A stretch of 64,000 bases of DNA from an uncultured Desulfatitalea sp. (GCA_963668675.2 CAXXMB010000002.1:288001-352000), one strand, 5' to 3'. Shown: positions 32,701-43,352, counted from the first letter of the stretch. Translations and numbers: made by a program. Notes: generated by a model from the sequence alone, not told the origin.

Positions 32701-32829
32701 GGATGCGGCCTTGTCGATGAGCAGCACGTCTTTGCGCGCTTCCGACAGGTCCATGGCCGTCTTGATACCGCCGACACCACCACCTATGACGAGAATCGGT
32801 TTGTTGAGATCTGCTGTCTGGTCTGTCAT
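29791..32829 (-). CDS. hdrA: Large HdrA-family flavoprotein with two HdrA modules
   Basis: Two GGGxxG FAD motifs, two QCxGSR...CSxxCC motifs, internal CDCG/ACSP, ferredoxin motifs; 1012 aa. Confidence 0.93.
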   Translation of the reverse strand: MTDQTADLNKPILVIGGGVGGIKTAMDLSEARKDVLLIDKAASIGGLMTQLDRTFPTNNCDLCTISPRLSSGSRQKHIDLMPLTQLSGVDGEAGNFKVTLTSTPRYIDTEKCTACGECHKQFPECVRFIPGLDHRAPTCMRYPQATPQAFSVDMDACKDVEGLVKCCPVGAIVVDDKERQLTREVSAIVLATGADLFDPGKLDHFGHGRLPNVVTGLEYERIMSASGPTLGELTRPSDKKQPKRVAWIQCAGSRGINREDVSYCSSVCCMYALKEAIVTKERFQDDIETTIFYMDMRTFGKDYEGYYQRAKDDYSIRMVRCRPHSIIPEKGSDDLLISYATEEASGMITETFDMVVLSTGFRPSEQTTQLAETLGVELNPHRFAKTESFQPVTTNRPGVYVCGVFESPKDIPETMVQASAAACMAAKHLPAKTNEAAAPVDDLPPEKDVAGEEPRIGVFVCDCGQNIGGVIDVAAVVADIAKYPNVVHAEMSGHGCGSEALVLMQEAIKEKNLNRVVVGACSPRTHEALFQETIRKAGLNKYLVEIANIRDQDAWVHAGAPELATAKAKQLVRMAAASVAKSGPLKDHQLPMNKDVLVVGGGVSGMNAALEMADQGFKVVLAERNGRLGGLAAVVRRTLEGDDVRAYIEQLIEQVNGHDMIEVITNAIVVDHGGMPGKFTTGFQIGPRMYYRQIEHGATVMATGALANRPSQYLLDQHQAVMTQLDLDNFIEDTPAPIEAWESLVMIQCVGSRIPENPNCSRICCQTAMKNALRLLDLNPGMQIFVLYRDMRTYGFSEDAYIEARRRGVIFVRYETDALPEVEAAGDKVAVKFTDPVLGRQVEVTADRLVLSTGLLPDDESTEDLSAIFHLNRTEDGQFLEDHVKLKPVDMSVPGFFVAGTAHSPRSIRESIAQAQATAARVQAMLAQDTINLGAVVARVEPEKCATCLACVRACPYNVPFINEDRYSEIDPAKCHGCGICAAECPAKAIQLSCFEDEPILAKLEGLLERIA

Positions 32830-32994
32830 TGGTCCATTACTCGCTTTGATTGGAATTTGGATTTATCTTTCCGCCTGCGACGGCCACCGGGCCGCGCCCC
32901 GGGCGCAACCTGGCATAACTCATGCCCAGGCAGGCGTTGCTTATTTAATTGAACCGGCGCCGTCCGGCCGACACTGTACAAATAGGCCGACCGG

Positions 32995-33867
32995 TTAGAT
33001 TTCGCCATAATCGAGAATCGAAGCCAGCCGGTGCTCCCATCCGAGGGTTTCGATCTTCACGCCGGCCACCTTCTCCTTGAGGGCGACGATGGTCTCTCCC
33101 GCAATGCGCAGGCATTCGTTCTCACGATCCGAAGCCTTACGAATCCGCCCGATCAGCGCCTCGGTGACACCGGCGCCGGGCTCGTTCAGGGCGATGTAGC
33201 GGGCAATACCGACCGACTTGAGCAGAAAGATGGTCGCGATCACCGGAACCCCCAGTGCTTTGAACTGGGAGAGAATCGGCTCGCAGCGCGCCACGTCGAA
33301 TACCGGCGGCGTCACGATAAACTGTGCACCGGCGTCGACCTTCTCCTTGGCCGCTGCGACGGCTGCGGCCATCTCGGCGTCGTTGCCGAAAGAGGGCACG
33401 GTGCACCCAAAGGTGAAGCGCGGGGCCCCTTCCAGATCGAAACCGGCCAGATCCTTTCCCTCCTGGAGTGTCTGGACAGCCTTCAGGAGCCCGACCTCAT
33501 CCAGATCGTCCACGGGCTTGGCCTCTCGATGGTCGCCATTCTCCATGGTTTCGCTGTGCACCACGATCAGGTTCTGGATACCCAGAACATGGGCTGCCAG
33601 CAGATCGCCCTGCAGGGCCATGCGATTGCGGTCCCGGCAGTAGGTATGGATGATGGCCTCGATCCCCTGCTGCTGCATCAAAACACCGCCGGCCAGTGCG
33701 CTCATGCGCATGACGCCGTTGTCCATGTCGGGAACAGTGACTGCATCCACCCTGCCCTTGATTCTACGAGCGTTGGTGATGAGCTGAGAGATATCCACAC
33801 CTTTGGGGGTATTCATCTCAGCCAAAACCACAAATTCGCCAGATGCTAACCGTTTTTGAAAACTCAT
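32995..33867 (-). CDS. Divergent MetF paralog
   Basis: EMNTPKG, CRDRNRMALQ; LxGD replaced by VHSE and TQ by TP. Confidence 0.88.
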   Translation of the reverse strand: MSFQKRLASGEFVVLAEMNTPKGVDISQLITNARRIKGRVDAVTVPDMDNGVMRMSALAGGVLMQQQGIEAIIHTYCRDRNRMALQGDLLAAHVLGIQNLIVVHSETMENGDHREAKPVDDLDEVGLLKAVQTLQEGKDLAGFDLEGAPRFTFGCTVPSFGNDAEMAAAVAAAKEKVDAGAQFIVTPPVFDVARCEPILSQFKALGVPVIATIFLLKSVGIARYIALNEPGAGVTEALIGRIRKASDRENECLRIAGETIVALKEKVAGVKIETLGWEHRLASILDYGEI

Positions 33868-33986
33868 GGCTCCCCTTTTTCTTCTCGTAATCTATTCTGG
33901 TTTCTCATTCGCCCAGGTACCTGGCAAATGGCCTCTACGCCTCACTTATTGGTTCTCATCGCCGGCGTCCCTCCTGGCACGCAATC

Positions 33987-34226
33987 TCAGCGCTTGCGCA
34001 GGAAAACGCGAATCGGCGCATCGTCCTTCTCGTCCATGGCGATCACTTCGTACGAGACATCCGGCAGTAGTCGAAACAGATCGGATCGGGTATCTGCGTC
34101 CAGGCCGAGCACCTCCAGCGTCTGATTCGACCGCATCTCCCTGAAGACTCGGCTCAGTTTGAGCATGGCCAGGGGTGAGATGGCGCCTCGAAAATCGAGG
34201 CTGTAATCTACCTTATTTTCGGCCAA
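33987..34226 (-). CDS. TusA/SirA-like protein lacking the catalytic Cys
   Basis: LDFRGAISPLAMLKL...M...QTLEVL follows the TusA pattern; TTG start after AAAGGAG. Confidence 0.72.
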   Translation of the reverse strand: MAENKVDYSLDFRGAISPLAMLKLSRVFREMRSNQTLEVLGLDADTRSDLFRLLPDVSYEVIAMDEKDDAPIRVFLRKR

Positions 34227-34276
34227 CTGTACACCGCTCCTTTGGAAATTTTGCACAAAGTAAAAGGGAGTGAATA

Positions 34277-34292
34277 TGCAGCCCTTATGCCA
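34277..34292 (-). promoter_or_regulatory. Sigma54 (-24/-12) promoter
   Basis: Minus strand TGGCATAAGGGCTGCA gives GG-N10-GC; next to a divergent bEBP gene. Confidence 0.75.
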
Positions 34293-34390
34293 TCAGCGGA
34301 GTGTTCGAATAGAAAATGGAATATTTGATTTGAATTCAGTCGATTATAGAATATTGAGACGAAAAGGGCCCGCGCCCATTGCCCGCAAGG

Positions 34391-34438
34391 TGTTAAAATG
34401 GTAAAGAGATTTTTTTTGACATGTGTTAAAGTTTAACA
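34391..34438. promoter_or_regulatory. Putative upstream activator sequences
   Basis: Palindrome TGTTAAA-G-TTTAACA (34424-34438) and a degenerate copy TGTTAAAATGGTAAA 33 bp away. Confidence 0.6.
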
Positions 34439-34448
34439 GGACGATGCG

Positions 34449-35897
<1,449 letters not shown>

Positions 35898-35955
35898 GGC
35901 TACCTGCATCCCGTGACTTTCGATAAAAAAGGGGCAAGGATAGACGCAAGGAGGC

Positions 35956-37326
35956 ATGATGGACGATGCATCCATCCTCGATATCGATCTATCAGACATG
36001 CGCGCTGATGCGGAGGCGATCTTCCATGCCGGCCTGCACGCCGCCCAGCCGGACGCGGCCATCAAGCGCCTCTGCCATCGGGAAGAGAACCATCTCCGGA
36101 TCGGCGAGCACCGCTTCGACCTGACCGCCATCGACCGGGTCCTGGTCATTGGCGCCGGCAAAGCCACCGCGGTGATGGCCCTGGCCATCGAAGAGATCCT
36201 GGGGGATCGCATCGATGACGGCGTCATCAGTGTCAAATACGGCCACACGGCGCACTTGAAGCGTATCCGGATCATTGAAGCAGGACACCCCCTGCCCGAC
36301 GCCAATGGCGTGGCCGCCTCCCGCGCCATTGTGTCGATGGCTGCCGGGGCCGGCAGTTCGGACCTTGTCATCGTGCTGCTCTCCGGCGGCGGGTCGGCCC
36401 TCACCCCGATGCCGGCCGACGGTATCGAACTGAAAGATAAACAGGCCACCACCGATCTTCTGCTGACCTGCGGCGCAACCATCCATGAGATCAACGCCAT
36501 CCGCAAACACCTCTCCGGCATCAAAGGCGGCCGGCTGGCCCAGGCCGCCGCGCCCGCCACCACGATCGCCCTCATTCTCTCGGATGTGGTCGGTGACGAT
36601 CTCGATGTGATCGCCTCGGGCCCCACCGTGCCTGACCGTACGACGTTTGACGACTGTCTGGAGATTGTCCGGCGCTATGACATTGAAAAACGGTTGCCGC
36701 CCAATGTCGCCAAACGCTTCGATGCCGGCGCCAGGGGAGATCTTCCCGAGACACCCAAATCGGTGACGTACGACGGACACCTCACCCTTAATATGATCGT
36801 GGGCAGTAACCGCCAGGCTCTTCAGGCCGCCGCCCGTGCCGCAGCGGACCGCGGATACCACCCCCTCATCCTCTCGTCATGCATCGAAGGAGAGGCCCGC
36901 ACGGTGGCACGCACGCATACCGCCATTGCCCGGGAAGTCCTCGCCTCGGGCAACCCCCTGCCGCCGCCGGCCTGCATCCTCTCCGGCGGAGAGACGACCG
37001 TGGTCGTCATAGGAGATGGTCGCGGCGGCCGCAATCAGGAGTTCGCCCTGGCCGCCGCCATCGAAATCGAAGCCAAGGCGGCCATCGTCATGCTGTCGGC
37101 CGGCACCGACGGCACCGACGGCCCCACCGATGCGGCTGGCGCGTTTGCCGACCACACCACAGCCGACCGGGCCGCACGCAAGGGGCTGGACATTCGACGC
37201 CATCTGTCTAATAATGATGCATACCCGCTTTTCGAGGCTTTGAGCGACCTTCTGATCACCGGCCCCACGGGAACCAATGTGATGGACATGAACATCATCC
37301 TCGTGAAGGCACCACATCCAAAGTAG
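35956..37326 (+). CDS. Glycerate 2-kinase (MOFRL/TtuD family)
   Basis: GAGKA, AGHPLPD, LSGGGSAL, GGRNQE, GTDGTDG, TGTNVMD. Confidence 0.93.
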   Translation: MMDDASILDIDLSDMRADAEAIFHAGLHAAQPDAAIKRLCHREENHLRIGEHRFDLTAIDRVLVIGAGKATAVMALAIEEILGDRIDDGVISVKYGHTAHLKRIRIIEAGHPLPDANGVAASRAIVSMAAGAGSSDLVIVLLSGGGSALTPMPADGIELKDKQATTDLLLTCGATIHEINAIRKHLSGIKGGRLAQAAAPATTIALILSDVVGDDLDVIASGPTVPDRTTFDDCLEIVRRYDIEKRLPPNVAKRFDAGARGDLPETPKSVTYDGHLTLNMIVGSNRQALQAAARAAADRGYHPLILSSCIEGEARTVARTHTAIAREVLASGNPLPPPACILSGGETTVVVIGDGRGGRNQEFALAAAIEIEAKAAIVMLSAGTDGTDGPTDAAGAFADHTTADRAARKGLDIRRHLSNNDAYPLFEALSDLLITGPTGTNVMDMNIILVKAPHPK

Positions 37327-37489
37327 GATGAGAGATTAAATGCCAATGACGCAAATCGTTTGTGCTACCGATTCGGGCGGACATAAAGTCCGCCCGTTGC
37401 GTCACTCGAGTTAGGAATATTGATTTAAAAACAAAACCAAAGCAATAACGTGCCCAAGCAATAGGAGACACGGAGGATTCACAAACACA

Positions 37490-38362
37490 ATGCATTTCGA
37501 ACCGATTCAGCTCGAACGACAGGACGCCTATCTCAAACATCTCTCCCAGTGCAGCCAAATTGCATCCGACTACAGCTTCATCAACCTCTGGGGTTGGGGA
37601 GAAGAGTACGGCCTCGAGTGGGCCTGGCAGGATAACCTGGTCTGGATACGTCAGCAGAAGCCCCAACCCGCTCTCTGGGCGCCGGTGGGTGACTGGCGGG
37701 GTCTGGATTGGCCGGCCACACTGGCGAAGGTCGGGGCCGACGCCGATCGCTTCATCCGTGTGCCCGAAGCGCTGGCTTCAATCCTCCGGGAGACGGATGC
37801 GCTTTCGGTTGAGCCCAAAGAGACGCGCGACCACTGGGATTACCTCTACAGCATCGAAGAGCTGATTGCTTTAAAGGGCAACCGCTTCCACAAGAAGAAA
37901 AACCTGCTCAACCAGTTCATCAGAGGCTACGACTACGACTACCTTCCCTTCGGACCGCAGATGATCGACCAGGCCATGGCCATGCAGGAGGACTGGTGCG
38001 CATGGCGAGATTGCGAAAGCAACGACACCCTTGCGTCCGAAAATAAAGCCATCGCCCGGGTCCTTGACGCCTGGGACCAACTGCAGGGCATTACAGGTGG
38101 CGCCCTTCAGGTCGATGAAGTGATGGCCGCCTACACCATCGCAGAGACACTGCCGGACAACGCCCTGGTGATCCATTTCGAGAAGGGCTGTCCCGACTTC
38201 AAAGGCAGCTACCAGGCCATCAACCAGATGTTTCTGGCCAACGCCCCCGAAGGCCCCACCCTCGTCAACCGGGAACAGGACATCGGCGACGAGGGGTTGC
38301 GCAAGGCCAAACTCTCCTACCACCCGGTGGATTTCATCAAAAAGTATCAGGTAGAGGTGTGA
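37490..38362 (+). CDS. DUF2156 / aminoacyl-transferase-like protein
   Basis: DYLY...LKGNRFHKKKN, IHFEKG, NREQDIGDEGLRKAKLSYHP. Confidence 0.85.
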   Translation: MHFEPIQLERQDAYLKHLSQCSQIASDYSFINLWGWGEEYGLEWAWQDNLVWIRQQKPQPALWAPVGDWRGLDWPATLAKVGADADRFIRVPEALASILRETDALSVEPKETRDHWDYLYSIEELIALKGNRFHKKKNLLNQFIRGYDYDYLPFGPQMIDQAMAMQEDWCAWRDCESNDTLASENKAIARVLDAWDQLQGITGGALQVDEVMAAYTIAETLPDNALVIHFEKGCPDFKGSYQAINQMFLANAPEGPTLVNREQDIGDEGLRKAKLSYHPVDFIKKYQVEV

Positions 38363-38392
38363 CGGCCTGAATCGTCACTATGATGTTTTGCC

Positions 38393-39235
38393 TCAATCAG
38401 AAGCTGTATTAGCAGGAACGCATCGGCAGGCGCTGAACTGACGCCACACGTTGGCCGCCGCCCACACCAGGGCGGCAATCATCAGCACAATGCCGGTGCC
38501 CTGGGCCATGGAGGCCAAAGTGTGATCCAGCTTCAGCATATCAAGCTTTCTAAGAATAAATTCCCAATCATGATAATCGGGCACATCCTTGCCTGTCACA
38601 CCGCCCAGCAGCATTAAATTCAACGACCGGGCATCGTTGATATAGGGCGCGATGTCCATGAAACTTTCGGCCAGCCACCACAGCGCCACGGCTGCGCCAA
38701 AAGCATCGCGGGTATGCAGCAGCAAAACGCCCATGCAGATCGCCGGCATCAGCAACTGGCCGAGCGTACCGCCCAGCACATGGATGAACCGCCCCAGCGG
38801 GCTGAAGATAATGTGCCCCGCCTCGTGAAACGGTAGGTTCACCAGGTGCATGAAGCTGCGCCCCGCCGCATTGGACTCAATGGAGGCAGACAGAAAAGAG
38901 CAACTCCAGATGGCCAGCAGCACCAGCAGCACAGCCCTGCCCCCAATGACGAGTGGGTTGGGATCGACAGGCACCGGGAGCAAGAGGGTTTTGACAGCTC
39001 CAACGGCCTGTATTTCGCTATCATTAATGACTGCCGCCGCAGAAAGAGGCTGCTCATCTGGGTAGCGGTCTACCCGGAGCACCCCACTGGTCTTGGCAAA
39101 AATAACACCACAGCGCGCACACTCCACTCTGTCTTCAGGCTGCTGAAAATCACATTTAGGGCAAATCATAAATCCGTCATCGTCTCTTTTGCCCATATCC
39201 TTTAATGGAAGCATTGGCGACAACCTCAATTCCAC
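38393..39235 (-). CDS. Zinc-ribbon plus membrane HExxH (M50B-like) protein (start uncertain)
   Basis: CPKC...CARC, FHEAGH, several TM helices, HDW. Confidence 0.75.
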   Translation of the reverse strand: MELRLSPMLPLKDMGKRDDDGFMICPKCDFQQPEDRVECARCGVIFAKTSGVLRVDRYPDEQPLSAAAVINDSEIQAVGAVKTLLLPVPVDPNPLVIGGRAVLLVLLAIWSCSFLSASIESNAAGRSFMHLVNLPFHEAGHIIFSPLGRFIHVLGGTLGQLLMPAICMGVLLLHTRDAFGAAVALWWLAESFMDIAPYINDARSLNLMLLGGVTGKDVPDYHDWEFILRKLDMLKLDHTLASMAQGTGIVLMIAALVWAAANVWRQFSACRCVPANTASD

Positions 39236-39283
39236 CTTTCAGCCACGCTTCATGCGAAAGGATCAGATAGACATGTGTTGCCC

Positions 39284-39700
39284 CTATTGCATCTTCATCA
39301 TGGCCGATTGGAGTTTCTCCATTGCGGCTGCGACCTGGGGATCTTTCATGTACTGCATCGATTTCATGAAGGTCTGAGGCAACCTTTTCGCAACCTGCTC
39401 GGCCTTTTCTGAAAGCGGCCTCAGCTCTTCGGGCATCTTGGATTTATCCTGCCACTCAACATATTTACCGCTTAGCTCTTTCATCTCAGGCGCCAGAACG
39501 TCCATTTTTTCGGCGAACGTCTCGATGGCCTCGGCAACCGAACCGGCATCGCTGGCACTGTCAATCCTGTTAGAATACTCCTCCATGGCTTCAACATACT
39601 TGGTGTTCACTTCGATAAAATCATCGTACTTCGCCTTGCTGCACCCCAGAAGAGTCAACACTCCGGATAGAATAATGCATGTGAGTAGTCGTTTGTTCAT
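39284..39700 (-). CDS. Hypothetical alpha-helical lipoprotein
   Basis: Signal peptide with lipobox LLGC. Confidence 0.75.
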   Translation of the reverse strand: MNKRLLTCIILSGVLTLLGCSKAKYDDFIEVNTKYVEAMEEYSNRIDSASDAGSVAEAIETFAEKMDVLAPEMKELSGKYVEWQDKSKMPEELRPLSEKAEQVAKRLPQTFMKSMQYMKDPQVAAAMEKLQSAMMKMQ

Positions 39701-39760
39701 CTCTTTCTCCCTTTGATAGAAGTAACTTTTGAACCATGGGTGACCAGTTGGGCCCTTTCA

Positions 39761-40801
39761 TTATAGTCTGGAAAACCTTCCTAAAGCGGCCGCAACAAGC
39801 CCAATTGAACTCTCAACATCAGCCTTTAGTACGGAACTCATCGGCGAGTGGATATAGCGCGTCGGGACTGAGAGTGCAGTGGTTTTCACCCCCTGTCCTG
39901 TGGTCTGGCTGATGGCCGCATCGGTGGCACCGGTGTTCTTGACGATAACTTGGTGGGGAATTTTGGCGTTCTCTGCTGTCTCAACAAGAAAATCCACCAA
40001 CCGCCGATCTGCGATCATTCTCCCGTCAGAGATTCTAATTTCGGGCCCTTTTCCCTGAACGGTGGGTTGGGTATTGGGCGGTAGCTTAAGGCCGGGGGTA
40101 TCAGATGCGACCGTGCCCTCCAATGCAATGACGACCTGTGCCTGGGTCGAAAAAACGGCCGGGCCGGCCCCCCTCAATCCATACTCCTCCTGGGTGGATG
40201 CGATCAGGAAGAGGTCGCAGTCCAGTTTTTTGACCTGCTGTACTGCGCTCAGCATGATAAACAGACCCACACGGTCATCCAAGGCCTTGGCAAAAAAGGC
40301 GTGCTCATTCTCCCACCCGGCGGCGGCAAAAGTGACCGGGTCGCCTACTCTGACCTTTTTGTGGACCTGTTCGGCCGGCAGGCCCAGATCGATGAAACTC
40401 TCCTCAATAGGCAGGGCATTTTTGATATCCGGAGCGCTTGCTTTTTTTTGTAAGTGGGGCGGGATGCTGCCAACGATTCCGAGGAGATCCTGACGGCCAT
40501 GCACCGTCACCTTCTGAGCTCCGAAGACACGCGGGTCGATTCCCCCCACCGGCATGACCCGGACGAAGCCCTCGGGTTCGATTTTGCTTACCAGAAAACC
40601 AATTTCATCCATATGGGCAATCAATGCCACCCGGGGTCCGCTGCCGGGGATGTGTGCAATCAGGCTGCCCATGGCATCTGTACTGATGTTGGAAGCAAAC
40701 GCTGCTAACCTTGCGGAGACCAGATCGCGCACCTGCTCCTCGCGGCCCGATACACCTGGGGTCTCAACCAATTGACGCAACAAGGCATAATCACAATCCA
40801 T
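39761..40801 (-). CDS. M42-family aminopeptidase
   Basis: AHMDEIG, KALDDRVG, TQEEYGLRGA, RYIHSP. Confidence 0.93.
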   Translation of the reverse strand: MDCDYALLRQLVETPGVSGREEQVRDLVSARLAAFASNISTDAMGSLIAHIPGSGPRVALIAHMDEIGFLVSKIEPEGFVRVMPVGGIDPRVFGAQKVTVHGRQDLLGIVGSIPPHLQKKASAPDIKNALPIEESFIDLGLPAEQVHKKVRVGDPVTFAAAGWENEHAFFAKALDDRVGLFIMLSAVQQVKKLDCDLFLIASTQEEYGLRGAGPAVFSTQAQVVIALEGTVASDTPGLKLPPNTQPTVQGKGPEIRISDGRMIADRRLVDFLVETAENAKIPHQVIVKNTGATDAAISQTTGQGVKTTALSVPTRYIHSPMSSVLKADVESSIGLVAAALGRFSRL

Positions 40802-41071
40802 GGACACTCTCCTTGGTGGGAAAAACAAGAGCCCTTGGCAGGCCAAGGGCTTCATTGTTCAAATGGTGGCGATGCCGGGATTTTAACACAACCCTGTAAC
40901 CCACTAAAATCATTAAGGCCGATATTGACATATGACCATTTTCCGGCCCAATGGGTGACTAAAAAGCGACTAAAGTTTGGGACTACTAAATTTGTATTAT
41001 CCTGGCAATAAAAAAGGAAGGGGGCCGTTAAACCTATTCCCTGTGCTCCATCTTTTAGATGGCAACTATCC

Positions 41072-41620
41072 TCACTGAATCTGCTGTTTTAATCTCGCAA
41101 TGGTCCTTTCTATACTTCGGGTCTGCCTTTGAAAACGCCTTTCCAATGCGCTGCCCGATGCCGCTCGATCTAACTTATCTTGCACCGATTTGAGTCGTTT
41201 TTCATAATAGTTGATTCTGCTTTCAATTCGGCTTGATTTTCCGACAGAGTGCCAGATAGTAGTTCTTCTCTTAGATTCCCTGAAGACATGGACCTCAGAA
41301 ACCCGAATTTTGGAGGTTTTCCGTGAACGGGAATATATCGTAGCATAGCTGACTCCCTTCAAAATCGCCTTTAAAGCTCTCTCAAGAGAGACACCTGATA
41401 ATTCAACCGTAAGTCTTTTATTAAGCGATTGTGGGAACCAAACCCCTATGCCCACTTCTCGACTCAGTCTAAGCAATATGCTTTTCAGGTCTGCATCTTT
41501 TGTCGTCAAACTCAGTTTTTTATCTTCATAGTCCATCTGAAGTGTTGAACCCCAGACCGTTACTGGACACAAGAGTAGAAAGATTAAGATAAAAACGGAA
41601 AATCGACGGGTGAAATACAT
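41072..41620 (-). CDS. Exported protein with secretin-N/STN-like domain
   Basis: Signal peptide; LSLTTKDADLKSILLRL...LTVELSGVSLERALKAIL. Confidence 0.6.
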   Translation of the reverse strand: MYFTRRFSVFILIFLLLCPVTVWGSTLQMDYEDKKLSLTTKDADLKSILLRLSREVGIGVWFPQSLNKRLTVELSGVSLERALKAILKGVSYATIYSRSRKTSKIRVSEVHVFRESKRRTTIWHSVGKSSRIESRINYYEKRLKSVQDKLDRAASGSALERRFQRQTRSIERTIARLKQQIQ

Positions 41621-42038
41621 ACGAAATTTGTGGTCTGATCGAAGTTAATAAAATAAGCTAAACGGATCTTTTTTCTCAAACCATTGTATAGACATACCAG
41701 CATCTGCCGTTTGGTTCAAGTTGTCCTCGAGGCGGACGTTTCAGTGTTAATAAACTGTTTATATTTTTAATTATTGCAGTTTCTTGGCGAATGATAGTTG
41801 ATGGTTCCAAATATGTATGATCTTGGCAAAAAAAGTGGGCCGCCTATCCTATACTTTCGAAACGGGTCCCTGATAAAGGCCTCTGGCTATTTCAAATCGA
41901 ATGGGATATTTTAATTAATGGTGTATGCATCCTTTCCTTTTTTATGTCGTTTAACTGACGCCAAATAATCAGCCGAGGATGCACCGCTTATCTTGTTAAA
42001 CACAACCTTTGGCTATAGCGAATCGTTCGGAGGGGCAA

Positions 42039-42584
42039 ATGAAAAAATTATATATTCTTACTTTTGTTATCATTGCATTCTTATTGTGCACCGGCATTGC
42101 GTTTTCAGACAATAGAGAAGGTGAATCAGGAAAGGGGAACAGAAATACATCGGAATACAACCAGCGCCATTCAGACAAGAAAGAACATAGAGATGACCGG
42201 GAGTATAAGCCAAATGACAACAGTTATAAGGAAGAAGACAGGGGTCATAAGGTAGAAGCCCGTGGTTATAAGAAAAAAATGAAAGTCAAAGTCAAGGATT
42301 CTTCCAGACACAGTGACGCAAAAAAACGCCGTGATTACCAGAAGTACAATGGATACAGAGAGCGCCCCTACGAAAGAGACCGACATTACGAGCACCACAA
42401 CCATAAAGGACATCGGTATGAATACCATGGCCATTGGAGATCTTGGGATCAATGGGAGCGGTATAAAAAGGAACATCCAGACGTTTACAGAGAAGGAAAC
42501 TACTATCGAGAAAACGCCCACTTAATGTTTAGATTCCGCGATCCTGTGACCGGCGGCTATTTCTTCTTTTCTATCGGAAAGTAG
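42039..42584 (+). CDS. Exported charged/His-rich low-complexity hypothetical protein
   Basis: RBS GGAGGGG, signal peptide MKKLYIL..., region rich in K/R/D/E/H/Y. Confidence 0.7.
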   Translation: MKKLYILTFVIIAFLLCTGIAFSDNREGESGKGNRNTSEYNQRHSDKKEHRDDREYKPNDNSYKEEDRGHKVEARGYKKKMKVKVKDSSRHSDAKKRRDYQKYNGYRERPYERDRHYEHHNHKGHRYEYHGHWRSWDQWERYKKEHPDVYREGNYYRENAHLMFRFRDPVTGGYFFFSIGK

Positions 42585-43169
42585 ACTGAATAGGGCGCGC
42601 TTGGTCACCGAACCATAAAGAGGGCTCCTGAAGTAAAAATTGCTATTCAAGGCATTGCAGCCCTCCGGCATTGTTCTCTATCCTGTTGACACCATGCCCT
42701 ATAACAGCTACCTTTTAATTAAGGGCTCCAACCCAATAGCGCCTATCCCCGCACGGGATATCACACCCATCCTCCCGTAATAGGCCCAGGAGCCCTTTCT
42801 TGTTGTAGCGATTTAATGCATCTTGGCAATGAACCTTTCGACCACTTAGTTGACACCTTACCCGCTCATCCTTATTTTTTCTCTTGAACAGGGTGCGAAA
42901 TTCGTAAGATGTACCAAATAGGGCTCCCGTACTGACCATTGTCGTTCCAACGTTCTGGCAATAGTGGAGCCCTCCCCTGTTACGTTCCTCTACTTCATCT
43001 TTGTTATTATCCTTACAGCCCACCAATGAGACAGGCAGTCCTTTCATGAATATCTTGCAGTGTGCAGCCTGGTGATCACTATCAAGCACCCACCAAAGGC
43101 AGTGAATGTCAACTTCAGAAAACCCCTGGTGCGCTCCATGGATGGCATGTGTATTCTCTGAGTACTCAA

Positions 43170-43266
43170 GTGAGAATCGGAGCTCCCGTTTGCCAAGGAG
43201 GGGGATGAGGTCGGCGGGAACCTTGGAGAGTAGATGAAAGGTCTGTTTTTGCTTGATTAAAGACAA
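43170..43266 (-). pseudogene. Remnant of a DUF6538-type integrase N-terminus
   Basis: SLIKQKQTFH...KVPADLIPLLGKRELRFSL resembles tyrosine recombinase N-termini; the rest of the ORF (to 42715) shows no catalytic motifs. Confidence 0.6.
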
Positions 43267-43352
43267 AACTGGCGCCTGCCTATGTGACTAAAATGTGACT
43301 AAGTCGCTTAGGTCAGGCGCCTATATGTGAATATCTAACGATATTAAGTACT

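Noticed and set aside
29345..34226. Selenocysteine recoding in mvhD, hdrA or the TusA-like gene
   Set aside because: No in-frame TGA in these ORFs; the relevant positions are Cys or Ser codons
42715..43169. Remainder of the 183-aa ORF as a functional integrase
   Set aside because: No recognisable tyrosine recombinase catalytic motifs; probably read-through into unrelated DNA
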